From: Patescibacteria group bacterium
GTDB taxonomy: Bacteria; Patescibacteriota; Minisyncoccia; UBA6257; GWB1-50-10
Assembly (NCBI GenBank): GCA_023474215.1
Contig: JAMCYI010000011.1
Span: forward strand, 16,739 to 80,738
Direction: 5' to 3'
Length of the DNA stretch: 64,000 nucleotides
Position 1 is the stretch's first letter; the number at the start of each line of letters is the position of its first letter. The translations under genes and the position numbers were made by a program. The notes under the pieces were generated by a model. That model was given only the letters and a program-made list of their open reading frames with translations. It was not told the origin of the DNA and ran no database searches. Positions 55,889 through 64,000 of this stretch are shown piece after piece.

Positions 55889-56938
55889 ATGAAAATCCTA
55901 TCGATAGAAACAAGCTGCGACGAAACGTCGATCGCCTTCGTGGAAGCGTCCGGTGGGATCAAGGCCCCCCGCTTTACAGTGCTGCAGAACGTCGTTTCGT
56001 CTCAAATAGCGCTTCACGCCCCTTTTGGCGGCGTCGTTCCGAACATCGCGAAAAGGGAGCATCTGAAAAATTTACCTTTGGTTTTCAATACCATCTACTC
56101 CAAACCCTATTCCCTATCCCCTGATGTCATTGCCGTCACCGTTGGTCCCGGCCTTGAACCGGCGCTCTGGACCGGCGTCAACTTTGCAAAGGAGATCCGC
56201 AAGAAATATTTCCCGAAAGCGAAGCTTGTCGGCGTAAATCACATGGAAGGACACCTGTATTCTTTTTTGCTCGAGCAAAAAAAAATCAAATCCAAAGCTC
56301 AAATGACAAATGCCAAAACCTATCCAGCGGTGGGACTGGTGGTGAGTGGAGGGCACACGATACTCCTCTTACTCAAATCGCTCACGGAATGGAAAAAGCT
56401 CGGCGAAACGAGGGACGATGCGGTCGGCGAAGCCTTCGATAAAGTGGCTCGGATGCTCGGCCTCCCGTATCCCGGCGGGCCCGAAATCCAAAAGGCGGCA
56501 GCACAAGGCGATGCCGGGTCCATAAATTTTCCGCGACCGATGATGAAAGACAAGAACTACGATTTCAGCTTTTCCGGCCTCAAGACGTCGGTACTCTACT
56601 ATATAAGAGACCATAAAGAGCAATCACGAAACAAACATTTCGTCGAAGATGTCGCGGCGAGCTTCCAGGCGGCTGCCGTCGAAACACTCGCCCATAAAAC
56701 GGCCCGCGCCGTGCAAGAATTCAAGGCACAATCGATCATTCTTGCCGGCGGCGTCGCTGCAAACCGATCGCTCCGTGAAACGCTCGAGAGAACAAGCAAG
56801 AAACTCGGCGTGCACTTTTTTGCGCCGCCCATGGCATACAACACCGACAACGCCGCAATGATAGCCGCTGCTGCTTATATCCAAACGCTCAAAAAGAAGA
56901 ACCATCGCATTACAGCACAAGCAAATTTGACCCTTTGA
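55889..56938 (+). CDS. tsaD: tRNA N6-adenosine threonylcarbamoyltransferase TsaD (Kae1/OSGEP family)
   Basis: MKILSIETSCDETSIAF start, HMEGHLY metal-binding His pair, ASKHD-fold motifs GGVAAN. Confidence 0.9.
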   Translation: MKILSIETSCDETSIAFVEASGGIKAPRFTVLQNVVSSQIALHAPFGGVVPNIAKREHLKNLPLVFNTIYSKPYSLSPDVIAVTVGPGLEPALWTGVNFAKEIRKKYFPKAKLVGVNHMEGHLYSFLLEQKKIKSKAQMTNAKTYPAVGLVVSGGHTILLLLKSLTEWKKLGETRDDAVGEAFDKVARMLGLPYPGGPEIQKAAAQGDAGSINFPRPMMKDKNYDFSFSGLKTSVLYYIRDHKEQSRNKHFVEDVAASFQAAAVETLAHKTARAVQEFKAQSIILAGGVAANRSLRETLERTSKKLGVHFFAPPMAYNTDNAAMIAAAAYIQTLKKKNHRITAQANLTL

Positions 56939-56978
56939 AAGCTTTATTTTAGGCGGAAAATCGACCATAATAAGGTAC

Positions 56979-59171
56979 ATGAATGCCGACTTTTCGAAGC
57001 CGTACGATCCAAAGGAAACCGAATCTGGCATTTACCAAATGTGGCTCGATTCCGGGTACTTCAACCCCGATAACCTCCCAGCCGCTAAACCCCATACCCC
57101 ACACCCTAAGCCCTACGTAATCTACATGCCCCTCCCGAACGTGACGGGAACGCTCCATATGGGGCATGCCTTGGATAATACCGGATCGGATATTTTGATC
57201 CGGTATTACCGCATGAAGGGTTTCCGGACGCTCTGGCTTCCCGGAACCGATCATGCCGGTATCGCAACGCAGTACAAAGTTGAAAAAGAATTGCGTAAAG
57301 AGGGCGTTTCCCGGTTCGAGCTCGGTCGGGAAAAATTCATTGAACGCGTCTGGAAATGGAAAGAAGAGTATGGCGGCATCATCATCGATCAGCTCAAAAA
57401 ACTAGGCGCCTCAGCCGACTGGTCGCGCCTCCGGTTCACCATGGACCCGGATTACGCGAAGGACGTCCTCCAAGCCTTCGTCCATTACTACAAAAAAGAT
57501 CTTATCTATCGCGGCCTCCGTACGGTCAACTGGTGCCCGCGATGCGGTACGAGCTTATCGGAGCTTGAATTGGAACACCAGGAAGAAAAGGGGGCACTGT
57601 GGTACATCCGGTATCCAATCTCGAATGAAGGATTTCAAATTTCGAATTACGTGGTGGTTGCCACGACGAGGCCTGAAACGATGCTCGGCGACACGGCCGT
57701 TGCCGTGAATCCGAACGATAAGCGGTATGCGAAGCTCGTCGGGAAAACCGTACGGCTTCCTCTCGCCGACCGCACGATACCGATCGTCGCGGATATGAAA
57801 ATAGATCCCGGATTCGGGACGGGGGCCGTGAAGGTCACGCCGGCGCACGACATTCTCGATTTTGAGATCGGCCAGCGACATAAGCTCCCATCGATCCAAA
57901 TCATCGACGAACGGGGGAAAATGAATGCGAACGCCGGATCATATGCCGGCATGAAAACGGAAGAGGCGCGGAAAGCAATCGTCGAACGACTGGCATCCGA
58001 GGGATTGCTCGAAAAAGAGGAACCTTACGTGCACAACGTTACGATCTGCTATCGCTGTGGACACGTCATCGAGCCGATCCCTTCGATGCAATGGTTCCTC
58101 AAGATGGACAAGCTCGCCCATAGCGCCTTGAAGACGGTTCGATCCGGCACCGTGAACATTCAGCCGGAAAATTTTCAAAAGATTTATTTCGACTGGCTCG
58201 AGAACATACGCGATTGGACGATCTCGCGCCAGCTCTGGTGGGGACACCAACTGCCCGTTTACTTCTGTAAACAGGCAGCGAATGACAAATTCCAAGTTCC
58301 AAGTTCCAAAAACGGAAATAATTTTGTTGTCGCTTCGGAAAAACCGAAAACCTGCCCCTTCTGCGGGGCATGCGACATGGAGCAATCACCGGACGTGCTC
58401 GACACGTGGTTCTCGTCGGCCCTGTGGCCCTTTGCCGGCCTTTCAGAATCCGACCGGAAGAATTATTACCCCGGCAATTTCGTTTCAAATGCACGTGACA
58501 TCTTGAATTTGTGGGATGCCCGCATGATATTTTCCGGACTTGAATTCATGGGGAAGCCGCCTTTTCAAAACGTTTTCGTCCACGGCACCATCCTTACAAA
58601 GGACGGCAAACGCATGTCGAAAAGCTTGGGAACCGGCATCGATCCCCTGAAATACATCGATCAATACGGGGCAGACGCAACCCGCTTTGCTGTCGTTTGG
58701 CAGGCGAACGGACAGGATATCCGCTGGGACGAAGCGGCGGTCATGGCCGGCAGAAAATTTTGCAACAAGATATGGAACGCGAGCCGGTTTGTTCTGGAAC
58801 AAACCGCAACTTCAAAATTCGAGATTCGAAATTCGAAGTTGGCTCCACAAACCGAAGCAGACAAGGAAATCTTAAGCAAGTTGGCTGAAACCAAAAAGCA
58901 AACCGAGCAATACATCGAAACGTTCGAATTTGCGAAGGCTCTTCAAAATCTTTACGACTTCTTTTGGCACAACTTTTGCGACACCTACCTCGAAGAATCG
59001 AAGAAGCAGGTCACTGACGAGAAGATGAGACCTTCCACCCAAACGATCTTGCGGAATACCCTCATCGAATCTCTTAAAATGCTCCATCCGTTCATGCCTT
59101 TTATAACCGAGGCTGTCTATCAAAACCTCAACGAGCAAAGCGATCGATTTCTCATGACAACCGAATGGTGA
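56979..59171 (+). CDS. valS: valyl-tRNA synthetase (lacking C-terminal coiled-coil extension)
   Basis: PNVTGTLHMGHAL HIGH-type motif, editing domain, KMSKSLGT. Confidence 0.9.
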   Translation: MNADFSKPYDPKETESGIYQMWLDSGYFNPDNLPAAKPHTPHPKPYVIYMPLPNVTGTLHMGHALDNTGSDILIRYYRMKGFRTLWLPGTDHAGIATQYKVEKELRKEGVSRFELGREKFIERVWKWKEEYGGIIIDQLKKLGASADWSRLRFTMDPDYAKDVLQAFVHYYKKDLIYRGLRTVNWCPRCGTSLSELELEHQEEKGALWYIRYPISNEGFQISNYVVVATTRPETMLGDTAVAVNPNDKRYAKLVGKTVRLPLADRTIPIVADMKIDPGFGTGAVKVTPAHDILDFEIGQRHKLPSIQIIDERGKMNANAGSYAGMKTEEARKAIVERLASEGLLEKEEPYVHNVTICYRCGHVIEPIPSMQWFLKMDKLAHSALKTVRSGTVNIQPENFQKIYFDWLENIRDWTISRQLWWGHQLPVYFCKQAANDKFQVPSSKNGNNFVVASEKPKTCPFCGACDMEQSPDVLDTWFSSALWPFAGLSESDRKNYYPGNFVSNARDILNLWDARMIFSGLEFMGKPPFQNVFVHGTILTKDGKRMSKSLGTGIDPLKYIDQYGADATRFAVVWQANGQDIRWDEAAVMAGRKFCNKIWNASRFVLEQTATSKFEIRNSKLAPQTEADKEILSKLAETKKQTEQYIETFEFAKALQNLYDFFWHNFCDTYLEESKKQVTDEKMRPSTQTILRNTLIESLKMLHPFMPFITEAVYQNLNEQSDRFLMTTEW

Positions 59172-59866
59172 CCGACTACCTCAATTTGATCCCGGTATTT
59201 GTGATTGCCGCCATCCCGGCTCTCGTCTGGCTTCTTTTTTTCCTCAAAGAGGATCTGCATCCGGAGCCAAAAAAGATGCTCGCTATAACGTTCCTTGCGG
59301 GCATGGCGTCAAGTATCCCCGTCCTCTTCATTGAGCTCGTATTCCAAAAAATAGCGATAAGCCCGCTCCACAGCATCCTTCTCTTCATCGTTGGCATCGC
59401 TATTATCGAAGAGGTTTTTAAATTTTTCGCGACCTATCTCGCGAATGCCGAAAGTAAGTACCTCGACGAGCCCGTCGATGCCATGATCTACATGATCACG
59501 GCCGCTCTTGGATTTGCGACAATAGAAAATTTCTTCGTTGTGAGAAATAGCCTCGATATCGTGAACTTGAAGACCATCTTCGACATGCTGAATGCGGTCT
59601 CCCTCCGCTTCGTCGGTGCCACGCTTCTCCATGCGCTCGCTTCCGGTATCGTCGGTTATTACTGGGCACTCGATCGTTTCAAAAAAAAGCGCGGGGCGGT
59701 TTGGATCGGCCTTCTCATAGCAGCTGCAGTTCACGCCATTTTCAATTTCTTCGTCGTGCAATTCCAATCGAGCGATATTTTTTACCCGACGTTTTTCCTC
59801 GTTTTCATCGCATTTTGGGTTCTTGCCGACTTTGAGCGTACCAAAAGAATAAGCAACGGTGTATAA
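59165..59866 (+). CDS. PrsW-family intramembrane protease-like protein
   Basis: Conserved EExxK (FFLKEDLHPEPKK), IEEVFKF, and AALGFATIENFF motifs across about 7 TM helices. Confidence 0.55.
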   Translation: MVTDYLNLIPVFVIAAIPALVWLLFFLKEDLHPEPKKMLAITFLAGMASSIPVLFIELVFQKIAISPLHSILLFIVGIAIIEEVFKFFATYLANAESKYLDEPVDAMIYMITAALGFATIENFFVVRNSLDIVNLKTIFDMLNAVSLRFVGATLLHALASGIVGYYWALDRFKKKRGAVWIGLLIAAAVHAIFNFFVVQFQSSDIFYPTFFLVFIAFWVLADFERTKRISNGV

Positions 59867-60320
59867 TGGAAATATGGACGAAGAAAATAAGGGCAGTGAT
59901 ATCTTTGTGGAACTCGCCAAGGTGAAGAGCGATCCAGTTCCCATTAAAATCGAGGATGATAAAACTTCCATCTCTTCCGACGAAGGCGAAGGGACGCTGA
60001 CGGTTGACGTGTATGATGACGGCGACGATATCGTGGTTCAATCGACCGTTGCGGGCGTCGATGATGACGATCTCGAGATCAACATCACGACCGAATCAGT
60101 GACTGTGAAAGGCACCCGGAAGCAAGAAAAGAAAATCGAAGAAAAGAATTATTTCTATCAGGAACTTTTTTGGGGATCGTTTTCACGGTCCATCATCCTT
60201 CCTCAGGAAGTCGATCCGGACCACTCGACGGCGAATCTCTCGAAAGGCGTTCTGACCATCCGCATGCCGAAACTCACCCGCTCGAAGACAAAAAAATTGA
60301 AGGTGAAGGCAGCAGACTAG
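59859..60320 (+). CDS. Hsp20/alpha-crystallin small heat-shock protein
   Basis: ACD pattern DVYDDGDDIVVQSTVAGV...ITTESVTVKGTRK...GVLTIRMPK. The start may be MDEENKG at 59874. Confidence 0.75.
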   Translation: MYNGNMDEENKGSDIFVELAKVKSDPVPIKIEDDKTSISSDEGEGTLTVDVYDDGDDIVVQSTVAGVDDDDLEINITTESVTVKGTRKQEKKIEEKNYFYQELFWGSFSRSIILPQEVDPDHSTANLSKGVLTIRMPKLTRSKTKKLKVKAAD

Positions 60321-60379
60321 GGCGGATACGGAGCGGAGATACATGGAGATGAGGAGATACTATCCACAAGTATCAGTTT

Positions 60380-61828
60380 TTATCCATTTGTATCCAACCA
60401 CCTTTTTACGTATCCGTTAAATTTCTCTCCTCTGTCAAACTCGTTTTTGAATTTTTCGAAGCTCGCAGCGCCGGGAGAGAAGAGAACAACCACAGGGTTT
60501 AGGGGATAGGGTTTAGGGGATAGGGTTTTTACCCTTTCCACAATCGATTCGAGATCTTCAAATAGTTGGGGTCCCCCTTTTTTGAAGTAATTCTGCTTCT
60601 TCAGTTCGGCAATAAGCCTTTTCGTCGCGCTGCCGTTCAAGAAAAAAACATCTCCCGACGGAAGCGCGCTCCGTATCTCCTTCGCGAGCGGTTTAAAATC
60701 GAGATTTTTGTCCGTCCCGCCGGTTATTAAGATCAGCCGGCCGTTACCATGGAACCTCCGAATGGCAGCCATCACGGCATCGGGTGACGTTGCCGCCGAG
60801 TCGTTGACCACCCGCAAGCCTTCCTTTTCGAGGATTATCTCCTCCCGGTACTTTATCTCCGGCAAACTCCTCACTGCCGCCGCGATCTCGAACCAAGAAA
60901 TGCCGGCGAGGTGCGCAGCAAGGGCTGCGGCCATGAGATTTATCACATTATGTTCTCCCCTCTTTCGAGTCAACGAAACCGCACCCTCCGATATCACTTC
61001 TTCACTCCGTCCATTTTCTTGGAAAAACAAAGAGCCGTTCTTCAGGAAAATCCCGTTCTTGCTTTTCGATAAGCGTCTCAGGGAAAAGAAATAGATCTTT
61101 GCCTTCGGATGTAGTTTCAGGAAAAATGCGGTCCATCGGCTGTCGCCATTCAAAACCAGCTTTTGATCCTTCTTTTGCCCCTTGAAGATGTTCGCTTTCG
61201 CGCGCGCGTAATCTTCCATTTCTCTATAACGATTCAAATGGTCCGAAGAAAGGTTCGTTATGACGGCGATTTCCGGTGCATACTTCGACCCCGGCAAGCG
61301 TTCCAGATGCCACGACGAAAGTTCAACGACCACCGGCGTTTTCGTGCTTTTCAGCCGATCCGCCAAATCAAGAAGTGCAAGATTTGATGAATTTCCCGCA
61401 GCAGCGACATTTTTATTTCTTGTCCGCAAAAAATGAGCTACCCAATTTGTCGTGGTCGTTTTTCCCCGAGTTCCCGTGACAGCGATCACCGGATTTTCCA
61501 CGACATCAAAGAATATTCGCGCATCATTCACCAAAAGCCGCTTCCGCTTCTTTGCAACGGCGAGGTATTCGCTTTCGCGCCGCACGGCTGGATTCACGAC
61601 AATGATGTCGTTCCATTCAAAATCTTCCTTCCGATGTTCGCCAAGAATGAACTTTATTTTTTTCGCCGCGCTTCCGAGCGATCGGATCGAAGCCTCGAGC
61701 TCGCTTTTCGTCCGCATATCGGTCACCGTGACACGGGCGCCGTGGCGCACGAGCCATTTGGCCGTCGCAACGCCGCCGCCCAGGACCCCGAGTCCCATCA
61801 CTAAAACTTTTTTATCCTTAAGATTCAT
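60380..61828 (-). CDS. murD: UDP-N-acetylmuramoyl-L-alanine--D-glutamate ligase
   Basis: Rossmann N-terminus KKVLVMGLGVLGGGVA, Mur ligase P-loop VTGTRGKTTT, C-terminal LFSPGAASFEKFKNEFDRG. A 36-nt G-rich repeat is embedded in frame near the 3' end (60495..60530). Confidence 0.85.
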   Translation of the reverse strand: MNLKDKKVLVMGLGVLGGGVATAKWLVRHGARVTVTDMRTKSELEASIRSLGSAAKKIKFILGEHRKEDFEWNDIIVVNPAVRRESEYLAVAKKRKRLLVNDARIFFDVVENPVIAVTGTRGKTTTTNWVAHFLRTRNKNVAAAGNSSNLALLDLADRLKSTKTPVVVELSSWHLERLPGSKYAPEIAVITNLSSDHLNRYREMEDYARAKANIFKGQKKDQKLVLNGDSRWTAFFLKLHPKAKIYFFSLRRLSKSKNGIFLKNGSLFFQENGRSEEVISEGAVSLTRKRGEHNVINLMAAALAAHLAGISWFEIAAAVRSLPEIKYREEIILEKEGLRVVNDSAATSPDAVMAAIRRFHGNGRLILITGGTDKNLDFKPLAKEIRSALPSGDVFFLNGSATKRLIAELKKQNYFKKGGPQLFEDLESIVERVKTLSPKPYPLNPVVVLFSPGAASFEKFKNEFDRGEKFNGYVKRWLDTNG

Positions 61829-61846
61829 ACCTTCTATTAATTATAA

Positions 61847-61986
61847 GAAAAACCATGTTATTTTGAGGCAGCTCTCGGAGGCGAGCAAGCTTGGTTCCCC
61901 GGAAGGGATTGCGAGCCGAGAGCGCAGGGCGGCCTTGGCCGCTGGAGCCAAGGAACGTCCGGTGCCGAAAAGTAACATGGTTTTTT
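61847..61986 (-). ncRNA. structured GC-rich element, copy 2 (C-type family), closing stem plus U-run, between the H+-PPase gene and murD
   Basis: Outer stem aaaaccatgttattttg / cgaaaagtaacatggtttt. Same conserved blocks as copy 1 (GAGGCAGCTCTCGGAG; GAGAGCGCAGGGCGGCCTTGGCCGCTGGAGCCAAGGAACGTCCGGTGCCGAAAAG). Minus-strand reading ends in UUUUUCUU just before the murD RBS. Strand inferred. Confidence 0.55.
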
Positions 61987-61988
61987 GC

Positions 61989-63956
61989 TTAAAGGAACGG
62001 AACGATGAGGAGAGCCACAATGTTGATAACCTTGATAAGCGGGTTAATCGCGGGACCTGCGGTATCCTTATACGGATCGCCGACGGTGTCTCCCGTAACG
62101 GCAGCCTTATGAGCATCCGACCCCTTGCCGCCGAAGTTGCCCGATTCGATGTATTTCTTTGCATTATCCCACGCGGCTCCACCAGAAGTCATGGAAATCG
62201 CGATGAAAAGTCCCGAGACGATCGTGCCGATCAAGAACCCGCCGAGGGCCTCCTTTCCCAAAACGAATCCAACGAGGAGCACCATCGCGACCGGCAAAAG
62301 CGCCGGAACAATCATTTCTCGGAGCGCCGACTTCGTCACGATGTCGACGGCCTTCTTATAATCGGGTTTCGCCGAACCCTCGAGAAGTCCCTTGATTTCC
62401 CGAAACTGCCTCCGGATTTCTTCGACAATCGAGCCGGCCGCCTTACCGACCGATTTCATGGCCATCGATCCGAATAGATAGGGAATCGAAGCTCCTAAAA
62501 TGAGGCCGATTAAGACGTATGGGTTTTGAATATCGAACGTGACATTCGAAGAGATTTTTTGAACCGCGTCTGTGTATGCACTAAAAAGCACAAGTGCGGC
62601 GAGCCCGGCCGATGCGATGGCATATCCTTTCGTTACCGCTTTCGTGGTGTTCCCGACGGCATCCAAGGCATCTGTGATCTTCCGGACCTCTTCCGGAGCA
62701 CCGCTCATTTCGGCGATACCGCCGGCATTATCCGTGATCGGCCCAAATGAATCAATGGAAACGATGATGCCGGCAACGGAAAGCATCGAAACAGCGGCGA
62801 TGGCGATGCCATAGATGCCCGCAAGCAAGTATGATCCAATGATGCCGGCAACGATGACAAGAATCGGCAGGAAGGTCGCTTCCATACCAACCGAAAGGCC
62901 AATAATGATGTTTGTTCCATGCCCCGACTTCGAAGCGTCGGCGATGTTCTTCACCGGCTTGTACTTTTTCGAAGTGTAATAATCCGTGATGACGACCATG
63001 AGAGCCGTTACGAGAAGACCGATAAGGCTCGAAAGAAATATATTCATGGCATTCCCTCCCATGAATGACTGAGCGGCAAAATAGAATAAGATCGCTGCCA
63101 CAATCAAGGCGACAGCGAGCCCTTTGTAGAGTGCACCCATAATTGATTCGCTTGTACCGAGCTTCACAAAGAAACTTCCGATGATTGAAGCAATAATCGC
63201 AAGGCCGCCCATGACGAGCGGAAAGATGAGTTGGGCACCGGAAAGCGCAAGTGCGCTTCCGATCAAAATCGAAGCGGTCAAGGTCACCGCGTACGTCTCA
63301 AAAAGATCGGCGGCCATGCCGGCGCAGTCGCCGACATTGTCGCCGACATTGTCGGCGATCACGCCCGGATTCCGCGGATCATCTTCCGGAATGCCGGCTT
63401 CAACTTTCCCGACTAAATCGGTTCCGACATCCGCCGCTTTCGTAAAGATGCCACCGCCGAGGCGGGCAAAAACAGAGATTAAGCTCGCGCCGAATCCAAG
63501 ACCGATCAAACTCCGGACATCATGCGTCAAAAGGAAGAATCCTGAAACCGCAAGAAGACCAAGACCGACGACAAGGAGTCCCGTGACCGATCCGGCCTTG
63601 AAGGCGAGCGAGAGCGCCGATTTCAACCCTCGGCTCGCTGCGTCCGTCGTTTTCGAGTTCGATCGGACGGCGACGCTCATGCCGAGAAATCCCGCGAGAG
63701 CCGAAGCGATCGAGCCGACCAAAAATCCCACGGCCGTCAGCCAGCCGAGCGCGAGGTAAATTGCGACGAAAAGAATGACCGCAACGACCCCAACCGTTTT
63801 GTACTGCCGCCCAAGATATGCGGATGACCCTTCTTGGATCGCTCTCGAAATCTCTTTCATTTTATCGCTCCCCGAACCCTGCTTTTTGAGCCAGAACGCA
63901 AGGTATCCGGTATAGAGAACTGCAAGAATGACGGGGCCGAAAATCAAATAATTCAT
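61989..63956 (-). CDS. hppA: membrane-bound proton/sodium-translocating pyrophosphatase
   Basis: [55 protein letters not shown] is the hallmark cytoplasmic loop. About 16 TM helices. Confidence 0.9.
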   Translation of the reverse strand: MNYLIFGPVILAVLYTGYLAFWLKKQGSGSDKMKEISRAIQEGSSAYLGRQYKTVGVVAVILFVAIYLALGWLTAVGFLVGSIASALAGFLGMSVAVRSNSKTTDAASRGLKSALSLAFKAGSVTGLLVVGLGLLAVSGFFLLTHDVRSLIGLGFGASLISVFARLGGGIFTKAADVGTDLVGKVEAGIPEDDPRNPGVIADNVGDNVGDCAGMAADLFETYAVTLTASILIGSALALSGAQLIFPLVMGGLAIIASIIGSFFVKLGTSESIMGALYKGLAVALIVAAILFYFAAQSFMGGNAMNIFLSSLIGLLVTALMVVITDYYTSKKYKPVKNIADASKSGHGTNIIIGLSVGMEATFLPILVIVAGIIGSYLLAGIYGIAIAAVSMLSVAGIIVSIDSFGPITDNAGGIAEMSGAPEEVRKITDALDAVGNTTKAVTKGYAIASAGLAALVLFSAYTDAVQKISSNVTFDIQNPYVLIGLILGASIPYLFGSMAMKSVGKAAGSIVEEIRRQFREIKGLLEGSAKPDYKKAVDIVTKSALREMIVPALLPVAMVLLVGFVLGKEALGGFLIGTIVSGLFIAISMTSGGAAWDNAKKYIESGNFGGKGSDAHKAAVTGDTVGDPYKDTAGPAINPLIKVINIVALLIVPFL

Positions 63957-64000
63957 GATTTTTGATTAATTATTGATAGTATTATTCGACTTCTTTTTTA

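Noticed and set aside
61860-61980. SRP (4.5S) RNA interpretation of element copy 2, because it contains a CC[GGAA]GG tetraloop hairpin followed by a GCGAGCC-like segment reminiscent of SRP helix 8
   Set aside because: That hairpin lies in the segment that is completely different in copy 1. The blocks conserved between the two copies are elsewhere, so the pair behaves as a repeat or ncRNA family rather than a single-copy SRP RNA.
1-64000. CRISPR arrays, rRNA genes, prophage or integrase genes
   Set aside because: No regularly spaced direct repeats with unique spacers, no rRNA-like conserved segments, and no recombinase or transposase ORF were found in this window. The mobile-looking repeats lack a cognate enzyme here.

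Overview
This 64-kb window is a gene-dense bacterial chromosomal fragment, with most genes on the minus strand. It looks like an uncultivated, probably reduced-genome lineage: IF-2, ValRS and MetRS are minimal-length, many exported proteins are Ser/Thr/Asn-rich, and one exported protein has a T9SS-type C-terminal sorting domain. The phylum is not resolved. Housekeeping genes include ClpP, TyrRS, LeuRS, MetRS, GlyRS, ValRS, IF-2 with RbfA, TsaD, MurD and a membrane H+-pyrophosphatase. Other recognisable content is an ECF sigma/anti-sigma cluster next to a MacB-type ABC efflux system with an HlyD adaptor, an OmpR-type two-component system, a four-gene operon of secreted proteins (three are paralogs), and a fused L,D-transpeptidase/DD-carboxypeptidase. 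I read 11 tRNA genes by hand, in four clusters. Two LAGLIDADG-type homing-endonuclease genes sit directly beside tRNA genes. The most unusual content is two sequence-related families of GC-rich structured repeat elements. Three copies are attached downstream of tRNA genes, each followed by an 18-19-nt duplication of the tRNA 3' end, and each carries an inverted copy of its host tRNA's T-loop. Two further copies are intergenic, with covarying ~18-bp closing stems followed by U-runs, upstream of leuS and murD. No rRNA and no CRISPR array are visible. All coordinates are from manual reading and may be off by a few nt.
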